A stretch of 64,000 bases of DNA from contig NC_045697.1 in assembly GCF_009834535.1 (NCBI RefSeq), positions 28,522,001 to 28,586,000 of the forward strand, written 5' to 3'. Made by a program: the position numbers and the translations under genes. The DNA comes from Camelus ferus (Eukaryota). Shown here in pieces: positions 1 to 14,200 of the stretch; position 1 is the stretch's first letter, and each line of letters starts with the position of its first letter. The notes below the pieces were generated by a model. It saw nothing but the letters and a program-made list of their open reading frames with translations. It searched no databases and had not been told where the DNA came from.

Positions 1-1290
1 AATGAAGCTAGAACACTCCCTTACACCATATACAAAAATCAACTCAAAATGGATCAAAGACTTAAACATAAGACAAGATACAATAAACCTCCTAGAGGAA
101 AACATAGGCAAAACATTATCTGACATACATCTCAAAAATTTTCTCCTAGTAGAAATAAAAGCAAAAATAAACAAATGGGACCTAATGAAACTTACAAGCT
201 TCTGCACAGCAAAGGAAACCATACGTAAAACAAAAAGACAACCTATGGAATGGGAGAAAATTTTTGCAAATGAAACTGACAAAGGCTTGATCTCCAGAAT
301 ATATAAGCAGCTCATATGACTCAATAAGAAAAAAATAAACAACCCAATCCAAAAATGGGCAGAAGACCTAACAAGCAATTCTCCAAGGAAGACATACAAA
401 TGATCAAAAGGCACATGAAAAAATGCTCAATATCACTAATTATCAGAGAAATGCAAATCAAAACTACAATGAGGTATCACCTCACACCAGTCAGAATGGC
501 CGTCATTCAAAAATCCACAAATGACAAATGCTGGAGAGGCTGTGGAGAAAGGGGAACCCTCCTACACTGCTGGTGGGAATGCAGTTTGGTGCAGCCACTG
601 TGGAAAACAGTGTGGAGATTCCTCAAAAGACTAGGAATAGACTTACCGTATGACCCAGGAATCCCACTCCTGGGCTTATATCCAGAAGGAACCCTACTTC
701 AGGATGACACCTGCACCCCAATGTTCATAGCAGCACTATTTACAATAGCCAAAACATGGAAACAGCCTAAATGTCCATCAACAGGTGACTGGATAAAGAA
801 GAGGTGGTATATTTATACAATGGAATACTACTCAGCCATAAAAACCAACAACATAACGCCATTTGCAGCAACATGGATGCTCCTGGAGAATGTCATTCTA
901 AGTGAAGTAAGCTAGAAGGAGAAAGAAAAATACCATATGAGATTGCTCATATGTGGAATCTAAAAAATAAAAACAAAAACAAGCAAACAAACAAACAAAA
1001 ACAAAGTGTAAATACAGGACAGAAATAGACTCATAGACATAGAATACAGACTTGTGGTTGCCAGGGGGGCGGAGGGTGGGAAGGGATAGACTGGGATTTC
1101 AAAATTGTAGAATAGATAAACAAGATTATACTGTATAGCACAGGGAATCACAGAGGAAAAAATGTGATAATGAGTGTGTATATGTCCATGTATGACTGAA
1201 AAATTGTGCTGAACACTAGAATTTGACACAACACTGTAAAATGATTATAAATCAATAAAAAATGTTTTAAAATAAATAAGTAAATAAAAT
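1..1290 (+). mobile_element. LINE-1 3' end (ORF2 C-terminus, 3'UTR, A-rich tail); continues upstream of the window
   Basis: ORFs 2..319 and 355..915 are typical L1 ORF2 C-terminal sequence ([35 protein letters not shown]); AATAAA near 1253 followed by an A-rich tail. Confidence 0.97.
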
Positions 1291-2249
1291 GGTTTTGAAG
1301 TGCCCAAACTGTTCTTAAACTAACTGCAGGATCTACTGACATGTGCTCAACTACAGAAACAACCATTCAGATGGTTACTACTTGCTGCGTGGGCCAAATC
1401 ATGAATATGCACATAAATACAAACCAAAAAAACACCTTTACTTATAAGCCTGTAGTAGTACTTGCATAAGAAGTTTTACAATCTTAAAAAAATCCCAATA
1501 TAAGCCACAATGTAACAGTCAGGAGTGCTTACTTTTCTGCAAAAATCTTTACAACCCATATACTAATATGTCACTATTAATTATCACTAATTCACAATTT
1601 AGTGTCTTTTATTGAAGTTTTTGTCCTAAGTTATATTAAATTATACAGAAAAAGATTAGTACAAATATTTCCTTTTGCAATGTAGTGTTTTTTTTACAGA
1701 TACTGTTAAAGTTGAGACTTTTCTCCATTTATTCTATGAACAAGCCTGATTGCTTAATTGGTTCTTCCTGACCTTATGGGCCTCCCAATCAAATAGGCCA
1801 GACAGCCACAGACAATTAAATATGGAAGGTGAAGTGATGGGAGCCACAGACGGCTATTTACAGAAGCCTGAGGTGGGGTAGAGCTCTGGTAAGTGATGTG
1901 TGACCTGAGCTTTAACAGATATACACAGTTAGCCAGGCTTCAAGACTAGGAAGAGAGTAAAGACAAGCAGTATTTCTCTGTATTAAGTCATCTCTCCACC
2001 TCAAATCAATGCATCAATCAAATGCAACATTTTTTTAAATTCATTTGGAAATCGGTCTTGCAGTGAGAAATCTATTCAGTTTAATATGATTCAATGACAG
2101 TCCAAACAGTAAAACACTGAAATCAATGGAGAAAATGTAGGACGAATTCAAATGACTATACAAGCAGGCAGAAACTGATGGGAATTTGGTGTGTGGAATG
2201 CAAGGTAATATATAGGCAGGAGAAAATACTCCAAATTTACTTTAAACCT

Positions 2250-3910
2250 GGTAGGCTCCGAAAACTCAAAACAACAAAGCAAGAAGCTTAGGAGTCTGCA
2301 GAATGTTTCTTGAAGTCATCTACCAATTGTGCAACTTCAGGCAAAAAGACCAACAAAACAATTCATTAAGTATAGGACTGGAAATGGGACTGAAAACACT
2401 GTTTTGCCCTTAAAAACATGGCCTATCATAATCAAAGTGCTGTATACAGTTCTAAATACTGTAGTTCAGAAGCAGTAGGGTACAGTGATTAAGAAAATAG
2501 ACAACTTTCTGCTACTTACTATGTCTCTGTTTCTTCACTTGTAAAATCAGAGTAGGAATGCCTACATCAGAGTTGCTCTACAGTTAAATGAAAAACATGT
2601 AAGTTTTTAGCATAATACTTGACTCATAGAGTGTTCTCCAAAATGAAAGCTATCATTACTACTATAAAGCAAGAAGTAATCTCCTAGAGAAAAGCCATTA
2701 AAATATTAACATATTCTCAAACTTTGATGTGTATTCAAATCACCTGAAGGGCTGGTTAAACATGCAGATACCTGGGACCTATTCCTTCCAGGGATTAATT
2801 TTATACATCTAAAGTAGAATGTGGTCTCTGGCACAAACATCAAAAACTACTGAAGTAAGAGAATCAAGATATAGCCCTATAAAAAGAAGCTGAAAACGAG
2901 GGTTCTCCCATTGAAAAAACAGGTCTAAAAGACAGTATGTTCAAGAGTAATACAGATGTGTTCAAGTTTACTCATTCAACCAACATTCACCTACTATGCA
3001 GTGGAAAGGACAGACAAGGTCCCCATTTTCCCAGAGTTTAATTCCTAGTATAGGAGACAGAATATAAAAAATAAGGACATTCCAGATAGTGATGTAATTT
3101 TTTAAAAATGAGAGAGAATGGTGAGATAATTGGGAGGGCAAGCTCCTTCTGAACTTAAACCTGAATGACATGATGGAATCAGTCACAGGAAGATATGGGA
3201 GAATACTGAAGCCACAGGGTACAAGTGCAAATGCCCTGAGGCAGGAGTAAGTTTGGCAAGTTCCTGGGGCAATGCTAGTGGAGACTGAAATACAAAAAGA
3301 AACTGACGTGGCCAGGTTCTGGGGTACTGATCTAGGCATTCAGATACAAGGTGAGATAAGAGAGGAAAGCAGTGTCAAATTTTGTAGTGCCTGGCAAACC
3401 TCCATAGAGTTTTGAATTGTATTCCGAATGTGATGAGAGGCTTTCAACAAAGGGGTGACATAATCTGATTTACACTTTAAAGGATCTCTCAGGCTGTGGT
3501 AAGGGGAAGGTGCCATAAAAAGTCAAGAGTGGAAGCAGGGAGACCAGAAGGTTACTGTACTAGGCTAGGTGAGAGATGCTGATAGTTGGCAAAGGTGGTG
3601 GCAGTAGGGACAGGAAGTAGACAAATCTAGAACATATACTGAACACTGTAATTTAAGGCAAATCAAAGAATAAGTACTAAGTCACATTAGTAGTAAGCAT
3701 CTGGGACTAATTACCTAAAAGACACAGAATGAAAATAGAAATTTAAAGGTTTTCAGTAAGTTTATAACTAATGGAACCAAAGGGGTTCCATATTTAGGAT
3801 ACTTCATAGTGTGTACTAATTATCCTTTGAAGTTGAAGTGAAGGGATATTTCTTTCTCTTTTGGCACCACTGATAAAGCACTGGACTAAAGCACTGGACA
3901 CATATCCAAG
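2250..3910 (+). mobile_element. Fragmented ancient CR1/L3 LINE remnant, interrupted by MIR (~2470-2660), MER5-like (~2710-2850) and minus-strand L2 (~2970-3640) pieces
   Basis: Resemblance by eye to CR1 3' end and to MIR/L2 consensus (e.g. ctcattcaaccaacattcacctactatgc); boundaries approximate. Confidence 0.5.
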
Positions 3911-5549
3911 ACTTAATGTTAAAGCATATTAAGTGTAATTTGTAAAGTAAAATCTTTCAGGATCTTACTGCCGGAGGCCTGGATAGCTGGTCAGCATTTA
4001 GAGCACACAGTAACAACGGGCAGAACTAAACCGTTACCTGAGTCAAATTACTAAATTAGCAAAATCTTTTTACACTTCTATATTGTCAACTCAGGCTATT
4101 CTGTGCCTGCTTTCCCAAGAGTTAAGCAAATATTTACTCTGTCACACATGCATACTCATTTCTTAAGTTTTACAGTATCATCAAGAGATTTAGAAGAAAT
4201 CTTTTAAAACCACGATTTTAATCACTATCGTGTGGCAAACATACAGTGAATATTCCCTAAAAGCTAAGGTTCGTAAGTCCCTACCTGCAAAAATTTTAAT
4301 TTTATTACTCAAAAAAGTACTACTATGTGAAAGAGCAGGCTACAGAAAAGCATATACAGTATGAACTATTTATGTATAAAATACATAAATGCAGAAAAGA
4401 AGTCTGGAAGAATATAAGCCACTGCTAACATTTTGGTGATCCCTGGATGGGAGCAATACTGATGACTTATTTTCTTTTTTTGCTTATCTGCTTTAATCAA
4501 CATTCTATCCAATTATCACAAATTATTTCATATAAGCAAAAACATTCAGTTGTAGGTTAACACAAAAGGTAAAAAAAGAATTTTAAGAAAACAAATTCAT
4601 TTGTCTAAATCAGGATTCCAACTGTGGTATTAAGAAAAAAGTTTTCAACTGCACACACAGAAAAAATAAATTTGTTAAAAAGAGGTCCACATTATACCAC
4701 ACAAGGGCAAATCCTTGTAGGGAGTAATCTAAATTCCTGAGAACTCTTCCTGGATTTGATGAGGGGCAATCAATTAGCACATAGTTCTATTTTTCTTTCT
4801 TGAAGTTTACCAAAGAAACACCTCAATTAATGAGTTCTCTGGGGGAAAAAAATGTTCTTTTTAAAAACTAAGTTAGGACAACAGAGAGATAACGGTCTTC
4901 CGGCCTCCATCCTACTGCTGAGGGGCGCGGAGGGTGGCAGGGCTCAAAGCAGCATACACCAGAAGAATCTGCGTGGCCGGTCACCCGAAGTGGAAGGGGA
5001 CACAAGCTTGCTGCAAGCTCCACAGACTGGGCAGCGAGAACGCCTCCTAAGGGCCTCCAGACTGTAACACCTGAAAGGTCGTACGCCGTCCAAGTTACTG
5101 TATGTAGAGCTGCCAGCCGTTTTTGACATTAACACAGACTGGAAAGTCTCAACAAACACAGGTATTACGTGCATGAAGCTCATCCGACTCTACGCAAAGC
5201 CAAGACATTTTCTTAAGGCCACGTCTTCGATTTTGCAAACTAGGACAAGTGAAAACATCCTATTGACTCTCTACAGCTAACAAACATCATCCCGGGTAAA
5301 ATCCTAACAAACACAGAAACAGGCACTTTGGAAAACTGGCTTTAAACGGCAACTTCAGGTACTCCAGTAACCGGTTTATCGCACTTTATCTGTTCCAATA
5401 AAGGGTGAGACCTCTTTACGGTCAGCTCTGGTTCTACTTACTGAACAAATAGAAAAAGGGAATCCTTTAAATTCGCAACACAATAAGGGCCAAAAGCTCC
5501 CGCTTTCTGGATGGCAGCTTTCCTGTCTCATCAATCACAACAAAGGACG

Positions 5550-6660
5550 CATCCTAGTGACTTCATCAAGCCCGGCAAGAGCCGAGGAACTGAGGTAAAT
5601 GATACAGTGTGGATTTCAAGGTTTGTGGCTTTTTCCTGTCAGCTACGACTCTGTCTCGCTCTTTTTTACTCCATTATACGCCTCCACCCGAGTTGACTGC
5701 TTGCCCTAAAAATAAAACCATCCGTGGCTACCGGCCACTTTCCTGCCAAGCCCCGACTCTGGTTTCCTGCAAAGAAAGCCAAATTTCAGGCTCTCCGTCT
5801 TGCTCTTCGCCGGGGGCCGCCGGCTCGGGAAACCACCGAGTCCGAGAAGCAGCCCGCTCTGCCGCAGCCCCCGGGAGCCTGAGGACACCCCAGGAACAAC
5901 CGGGGTGAGGGGAGGGTGTGCCGGCAAACGGCGGTGGGAGAGGGGGGAGACACTCACCCGCCCAGACAACAACCGACGGGGCGGGGAGGATGGGGGCCGG
6001 GACCAAGGCTCGGCAGAAAGACCGCCTGGGGCTTCCGGAACGCTGCGGCTGCTCGGGACGCCGCTGCCGCCGCTGCTTCTGGCCGCCGGCTTCCTCCCCT
6101 CCTCTGTTTTGATTCGACTGACCACGTCACTTTCAGCCACGAGACCCGGATCTGCCGGCTCCCGCGGGCGGCGGCGCAACAGATTGCAGCGGCTCGCGAC
6201 CCCAGCTGCCCGCCAGCCGAGCATGCGCGAGCCGCGCGCCTGCCCAGTGGGTCTGGGGAGGCGGGGCGGGCGCGAGCGTCACGCTAACCGTGGGGGCGCG
6301 GGACGCGGGGGTTGCAGTTCCGGTTGGGAGGGGCGGGGCCCAGCGCTGTGAAGCCGAGAGGGTAAGGCCCCGCGTCTGTTGAAGTGTACGGCGTAGCCTC
6401 TGTTTCGTCAGTGGTGGACAGTGTCCTCTGTTGTGTGTGTCTCTTTGCTTAAGCTGATGGCTCTCCTCGAGTGGCGTCTTTAGAATAACGAGGGGAGCGG
6501 TAGAAGCAGGCGCAAGTTGAGACATGTAGAGATTGTTTTGGCTCACTCAGGCCCAGGTGAAAATTAAAGATCGGAATTTAGTCTTACATGCAAAAAGTAT
6601 GTTAAAACGTGGCAGTTATTGATCCCCTTTACGCTCGCTAACGTTTTTGCACCCTGAAGC
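5550..6660. promoter_or_regulatory. CpG-island promoter, probably bidirectional
   Basis: Abrupt GC/CpG enrichment; GC boxes (gggcgggg ~6331), ETS-like ttccgg ~6318, NRF1-like gcatgcgc ~6221; consensus splice donors on both strands. Confidence 0.9.
5958..6320 (-). other. SMIM14: Non-coding first exon of a minus-strand gene, probably SMIM14 (TSS approximate; CDS would lie upstream of position 1)
   Basis: Consensus donor CGG|GTGAGT on the minus strand (intron starts at 5957) inside the CpG island; gene name inferred only from the recalled head-to-head SMIM14-UBE2K synteny. Confidence 0.6.
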
Positions 6661-7589
6661 GACTAAAATTCTGTTCAAGAGGAATATTAAAGGGAATCTG
6701 TGACAGAGAGAGTAGGGAATGGAAAGGGGAAAGCTGTTAATAGGCAGTCAGCCCTCACCTTTGTGCTTTGACCTTAGGCATTGGAATTAGGATACTGTTT
6801 GTGGGGTAAGAACCTCACTTTTAAACAAAGTTGGTGTTTCTACAGAAGGCTCTCGTTCTGGCCTTCTGTCTCCCTGCTAAACCACTGGTGTCCGAGAATT
6901 TTTCCAATTTGATGAAACTTAGAGCTACTTTACTGTTTCCTTAGATCCATAAATTAATGGACTTTAATTTAAACGTGACTGTGGTAAAATAGAAGTGTGA
7001 GTTCCAAGCAAAGATTTTACAAAGGTACCTATTTGCCTATGCTGTAGGAGAGGTGAAAGTTAACTATAAGAAACTGTCTTCCTTACTCTGTGTTGACCTT
7101 TTCACCCATCCCAGACTTGGTTCATCACCTCAACTAGCTGAGTCACCTTAAGCAAATTAATATAATCTGCAAGCGCTTTTTAATTAAAGTGGGGGGTGTT
7201 GAACACAGGTAAAGGTTTCTAGAAAATGAAAAGTTTCCAGTAAAACTCAAAAGTTTACTAGTTAATTAACAGATTACAAGTAGTAGAAGCCAAGCTTCTT
7301 GGCCTTTAGTCTGTAATGTTGAACTCTGTTTACTCAGAGAGTTTGAGGTGGCATCTAGTGCCCTTATGAAGTTTATAGGCTAACCCTGTAACAGAAGAGC
7401 TTTAATCTGTAGAACTTTAATTTGTGGAACAGAAAGTCTTGTATGCTTGGGTGCACTCATATGCATATGTATTTGAAAACACAGCTATGTTTAAGAGAAC
7501 ACTTCAGTAAAAAGCTGGACTGGTTCAGGATATTGCAAAATTATCAGTACTTGCTTTATAAAGTAAGTTATAGGACAATCAAGATGTTA

Positions 7590-7970
7590 GGGTCCTTGGT
7601 AGCTAGCTTCTAAGATAACCCCCATTCTCAGCTCTGGAAATGTAGACTCCTCCAGCCCTTTGAATCAGGGCTACCCTAACCTGTATACTGGTGAAGGTGT
7701 GTGTTTTCTGAGGCTAGGTTATAAAGGCACTCATTGCAGCTTTCCATCTCATTCTCTTGGATTGCTTGCTCTAGAGGAAGCTAGGCTCTATGCCACTTAC
7801 TCAAGCAGAACTTTGAAGAAGCCGTTGTGGAGAGGAACAAAAGCCTCCAGCAAGTTTCACTAGTTTACGTCATGTCAGTGAACTACCTTGATTGGGCTGA
7901 TCCCGCAACGCCAAACAAGCATTGGATGACTGCATCCCTGCCCCACATCTCCTTGCATTCTCATGAGAGA
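7590..7970 (+). mobile_element. MaLR (MLT1-type) LTR fragment
   Basis: MLT1-like sequence (ctaggttataaaggc...ttgcagctt...ctagaggaagc...tcatgagaga). Confidence 0.6.
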
Positions 7971-8591
7971 TAGAAAGCGATGCAAGATCTTATGTGGGTT
8001 TTTGCCCTGATCTAAGTTAAATCTTTCTAAACTTTAAACAACAGAAGAATGAAAAAATGTCTCTGTGATTCTCTGTGTAAAGTAATTTAGAGAATAATGT
8101 AGAATTCCTACCTATGTGAACAATGGTAATGGAAAGAATAAATGTAGCATTGTATGTTAGGATCTGAAAAAGTTGGGAATAGAAATAATTTTAAATGGCT
8201 ACAAGGAAGTTAATCACATTTTTATGATGGAGGCAAAAACCTAGAAATAATCTAAATGTACCATGGTAATGGAGTGGATAAATTTGTTAAATTATGTTTT
8301 AGGGATTAAGAAATTTGAAGGTATCTTCCCTTTCTAAACCAGACCCTACATAGATTCTTGCTTTAGAAGAAGGAGGTGTTTGTGGTACAAATATATATGC
8401 TTTATATATTCACAAAAGCATCCTGGAATATATTCCTATACCTATTGGTATTGGTTACTCCTGGGGGAGGGGTGTAAGAGACTTCCTTATGACTTTCTAC
8501 CCTTTGTATGGTATGAATTTTTCATATCAATATAATTTTGCAATTAAAAAATCACTAATGAATTTTTTTTAACTTTAAAAAAAATTGTGGT

Positions 8592-8966
8592 TTCATTAGT
8601 CTGCTTGGGCTACTGTAACAGAATACCACAGAGTAGATGTCTTAAACAACAGAAATTTATTTTCTCAAAGTTCTGGAAGTAGGAAATCCAGGATCAATGT
8701 GCCACCAAGGTTGGTTTTTGGTGAGACCTCTCTTCCTGGCTTGCAGGTGAATACCATATCACTTTCTCCTCATATGGCCTTGCCTCTGTGCACAGGCACT
8801 CCTGGTGTCTTTTCATATAAGGAGACTATTCCTATTGAATTAGGACCACCCTTATGGTCTCATTTAACCTTAATTACCCCTTTGAAACCCCTATCCCCAG
8901 ATAGTCACAATGGGGCCTAGGGCTTCAACATATGAATTTGGGTGGACACAAGTCAGTACACTAAAA
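8592..8966 (-). mobile_element. MLT1A-like MaLR solo LTR
   Basis: Typical ends (cattagtctgcttgggctactgtaaca ... tatgaatttgggtggacaca); 5-bp TSD GTGGT at 8587-8591 and 8967-8971. Confidence 0.85.
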
Positions 8967-8971
8967 GTGGT

Positions 8972-11220
8972 TAAGTATATATACATATAATTGACCATTT
9001 TAACCATTTTTAAGTGTATAGTTCTGTGGCATTAAATACATTCATCTTGTTGTGCAACCATCACCAACATCTATCTCCAGAACATTTTCATCTTCACAAT
9101 TAAAACTGTGTACCTATTATACATTAACTCCCCATTTCCCCTCCCTCCTAATCTTTGGCAACCACTGTTCTACTTACTATCTCTGTAAATTTGCCTTCTC
9201 TTGGTACTCATATCAGTGGAATCATACGATATTTGTCCCTTTGAGATTGACTTATTTCACTTAGCATAATTTAAGGTCATCCATGTTGTAGCGTATATCT
9301 AAATTTCCTTCCTTTTTAAGACTGAATAATATTCCATTGTGTATATATGTGTGTGTGTGTTTATACACATACCATATTTTGTTTATTCATTTATCCCTTG
9401 ATGAAAACTTGGCTTGTTTCCACCTTTTGGTTAACACTGTCGTGAATATGGGTGTACAAATATCTTCAAGTCTCTGCTTTCAATTCTTTTGGGATATACC
9501 CAGAAAGGAAATTGCTAGATTATATGGTTATTCCAAGTTTAATTTTTTGAGGAACCGTTACACTGTTTTCCGCAGTGGCTGCACCATTTTACATTCCCAC
9601 CAGCAGTGCATGAGGGTTTCAATTTCTCCACATCCTCACCAACACTTCTATTTTTTTTTTAATATATTAGCCATCCAAATGTGTGGAAGTTGGTATTTCA
9701 TTGTGCTTTTGATGTATTTTCCTGATAATTAGTGATGTTGAGTTTCTTTTCATGTGCTAATTGTCTATTTGGATACCTTCTCCAGAGAACTGTCTATTCA
9801 AGTTCTTTGCTCATTTTTTTAATGGGGTGGTTTGTTTTTTTGTTGCTGAGTTGTAGGAGTTCTTTATGTATTCTGGATATTAACCTTTTATTAGATATAT
9901 GATTTGCAAGTATTTTCTCTCATTCTGTGGGTTGCCTTTTCACTCTGTCAATAAAGTCCTTTGCACAAAATTTTTAATTTTAATGAAGTTCAATTTAATT
10001 TATTTTTTCTTTTGTTGCCTTGTTTTTGGTGTTATGTCCAAGAAATTATTGCCAAACCTAAAGTCATAAAGCTTTTCCCATTTTCTTCTAAGACTTTTAT
10101 AGTTTTAGCTATACATTTAGGTCTTTAATCACTTTTCAGCTAACTTTTATATATGGTGTAAGGTAAGGGTCCAAATTCATTGTTCTGCATTTGGATATCC
10201 ATTTTTCCCAAAATTTATTTAAAAGACCATTTTTTCCCCATGGAATGATCTTGGTACCCTTGTCAAAAATCACTTGATTATACATGAGTATTTATTTCTA
10301 GGCTCTCTGTTCTATTACATTTGTGTAAATATACATCTTTATGCCAGTACCACATTATTTTGATTGCCATGGCTCTATAGTATGTTTTGAAATCAGGAAA
10401 CATGAGACCTCAGACCTTGTTCTTTTTATATTTTTTAAATATATTTTTGTATACATATTTTTATTGAAGTATAGTCAGTTTAAAATGTGTCAATTTCTAG
10501 TGTACAACACAATGCTTGTCATACATGGATATATATATATATATTCATTTTCATATTATTTTTCACCATAAGTTACTACAAGATATTGAATATAGTTCCC
10601 TGTGCTATACAGTATGAACTTGTTTATGTATTTTATATGTATTAGTATCTGCAAATCTTGAACTCCCAATTTATCCCTTTCCACCTCTTTTCCCCCCCGG
10701 TAACCATAAGTTTGTTTTCTATGTCTGTGAGTCTGTTTCTGTCCTGTAAATAAGTTCATTTGTCTTTTTTTTAGATTCCACATACAAGTGATATCATATG
10801 ATATTTTTCTCTTTCTGGCTTCACTTAGAATGACAGTCTCCAGGTCCATCCATGTTGCTGCAAATGGCATTATTTTATTATTTTTTATGGTGTTCTTTTT
10901 ATTTTTAAGATTGTTTTGGCTATTCAGGATCTCTTGAGAGTCCATATGAATTTTAGTAGAGATTTTTCTATTTCTGCAAAAAATATCATTGGGATTTTGA
11001 TAGGGATTGCATTGATCTATGGATCACTTTGGGTAGTATCAATATCTTAATAATATAAAATATTCCAATCCATGAACACAGGGTGTCTTTCCATTTATTT
11101 GTATATATAATTTTTTTCAGCAGTGCTTTCTAGTTTTCAGTGTACTAGTTTTTCACCTCCTTGGTTAAGTTTATTCCTAAATATTTTATTCCTTTTGATG
11201 CTATTATAAATGGAATTTTT
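8972..11220 (-). mobile_element. Old L1 (L1MA/L1MB-like), 3'UTR plus ORF2 remnant, containing a nested younger L1
   Basis: Antisense L1 3'UTR and ORF2 sequence throughout. Confidence 0.9.
10430..10890 (-). mobile_element. Lineage-specific L1 3' fragment nested in the older L1
   Basis: Same 3'UTR family as 1-1290; 12-bp TSD tgttctttttat at 10418-10429 and 10891-10902. Confidence 0.9.
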
Positions 11221-14200
11221 AAAATAAAGATTCCTACTCTTCATTGCTAATATTTGCTTCAAATACTTTTACAGTTCATTTTTTTATTTTTAATTTTATT
11301 AATTATAATTTTAATGTACTGAAATTAAATTTAAAAAATTTAGTCAGCTGTTTCCTCTTTTCCTTTCAGATTCTTTTTTGACTTCTGAGCCTAGAAGGTT
11401 ATCTTCATTTCAGCGGGTATTTGTTGAACACCTGCTATGTGTTGGGCTCTACAGGCACATTTATGAATGTAAAAATCATGAGGCCTACAAAGGACATTCA
11501 AATCCAAACATTTAATAAATATTTAGTTCTAATTTCTTCTAAGTTTTCAATTATTTATTCTATTTCAACTCTTAATTTACTTGGAATTAATTTTGGTCAA
11601 CAATGTACTCCAGTTTTTTGAAAGTTAATGAGGCACTTCAAATTCACATTAAAGCTGTTTATTATTTGGTGTAAAACCTTTACTGTTAGCCAGTTGAAGG
11701 TGGTTATACAACTTAAATTCAGGAGAAGTAGACCTTGAGAAAATATATTTACTTTTATAGTTATCAGGAATAAATCAGATTACTCTTATATTTTGAAGAG
11801 TTTGACACTTCATTGCTATCTTACTATTTCTCGAAGATGGAGTACAAGAGCTGTATTTTCATAATTTAAAACTTCAAAGGGAAACAAGATTTTATATATT
11901 CCATTTTTGCTATGTAATAATTGATATACTGACAATATTCTATGTACCAGTTTTTTAGAAAGTAATAGAATGATTTTTTTTAAGATTTGTGTAATAGAAA
12001 TTGAAGAAGGGGACCTGGTGAAGGAAAATGGGAGGATGTCAGAAGTTTTATGGGAAGAAATTTGAAAACGAAGAAATACATGTAGGATGAAGAAGATAAA
12101 AGGCAAATTATTTGTCCTCTGACCTTGGGGATAAGTTTAATAAGTGTGGAGAAGCAAATGTGATAACTTCACTGTAGTTGCCATCTGCCCTTCAACATTT
12201 CTTCTCTTTAGAAGATATTACTTATTTCATTCTCTGGAGCATGTTACACACACACACATACATACACATACAATGAGTTCTGGAATTCATTAAGCTATGT
12301 TTATTTTTCTTCCCCAATCTCTATCTAAAGCCTCACAAATGTGTTTCAGTCTTTTTCTCTAAAGTTTAAAAGATATCACCTTGTGCTATCAGGAAGTTTT
12401 TTTCTCCTAATGTGATATTTGGGATTGTAAATCTTGAAGGAATCCCAAGTATTACAGGTGGTTTTTAAGTGCCGCCTTCCTTTTCCTAACCATTATATTA
12501 TGTCTTTATATGACTAAATCCACAGACTTTTAGCTTCAGCCACAATCCAAATGGCATACTAGCAAAAGTTCTAAGAGTTAAAAAGAGAAAGAAATAGAAT
12601 CATGGAGGAGTCAAGAAGTGCAGGAACTCCACTGGGCCCCCTCCATGGGCTACCTACTTAACTTTCCCTAAATATTCCACTACCAAATAGTGGAAACCAA
12701 TTACATATACACTTTAAATTCTAAGATGTGCTCTTTTCTTATATTGTAACAAAGTAAATAAAGGTAGATATGCAGACAGTACAAAAATCCTGAAATGAAT
12801 TCCAAATGTAATTGTTAAAAGTGATCTAAATGCCAAGTAATGGGAGATTAAAATAGATGAAAAGATGTTCCTTTCGTGAGACAGGCTTTAATCTGGGATC
12901 AGCTCTGACTGGAATTCCTTTGGGTCTGGAAAAGAGGCTATGCACCTTGAGAAGGAAAGGTAGTTGGAAAGTAAACTAGGCCATCAGGGATGCTCTGAAA
13001 GGTTCCAATGTACTCTCTGGATAGGACTGTGGATCAGCAACAGCCCAGACATTCAATTAAATGGCACAATATATATGAAAATGTTTTGTAAACAATAACT
13101 AGACTATTAAACAACCCAACAAATCCTGAAATTGCTAAAAATTTTTCTTATACAAATATTTGCAAGTCACTGCCAGAAACAATGCACTAATGCTACTAAT
13201 CATATGAAACAGCATTGGAAAGGAGTCCAGCTCATATCATTATCTATGTCGAGGATTGTTTCATTTTAAGTGAAACAGGATCCTGTTTTTGAGCCCAAAG
13301 CTAAGAACATACTATGCTAAAGACTACCTGCCCTTCTCTAACCCATTCCATGTTTGAAGAAGCATCAGCTTTTGGAGTCTATATCCCTTCCCCATCGGGA
13401 CCAGTGAGAGGTACCTGTTAAGAAAATCATCATTACTCACTATTATCCCCTCCTTCCCATAAGAGGAAGATAGAAACACGTGAAAGTTGCCTTTTGGGGG
13501 AATGCAGTGTTCTAAAGAGAGGTTATTCTTTCTCTTTACATTAAGAGAGAGGGTAGAGAATTTCCCCCTTCTCTAAGACTGAGGAGGGAGTCACCAAAAG
13601 AACCACTAATGAAGTAGGGGTGCTTGAATCCTCTGAACAATTACTGTCTTCAGTTAGTTGAGAATTGGTGATAGCCTCTGGTCTAAAAATTGCCAAACCA
13701 TTGACCTGATGCTGCTAGAGACATGAGACATGAGAGAGTAAGTAAAGCTAAGAGAGGGAGGTGTCAGCTGGGTGGTGGGGCAGTCTGCATTTCTGGTGTT
13801 TGGAATGGTAAAAAGATTCCCAAGAGTCAAGTGCTACTACATGGTACATAGCAGGGCCTTAGACAACCGCCCATTACCACATACATGCACAAATGCATAT
13901 GCAGTGCATACCCACACCAGCTGTATATTATCTTCAGTTCAAGCAGTCAAAAGAGATATCTGGGGTTTCTAAATCCCAATGCTGAATTCTGGGGAGAGAA
14001 AAGCCATTTGGCCCAGCTTAGTTGACCCCTGATTCAACTGGCTGGGGGCTGAAAGGGAATATTATGTGTGAGCAAACTCTTGGAGGAGGAGGCACAGGCA
14101 AACTTATTTAAAGCAGGAAAAAGGTGAAAAGGAAACGAGAGGCATTATAGCACAGTTAACTACAACCAATATTTTGATGATAACACCAAAATCATGAATG

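Noticed and set aside
5609..6546. Several overlapping 60-180 aa ORFs
   Set aside because: GC-rich island artefacts, mostly with non-ATG starts; none resembles a protein I recognise
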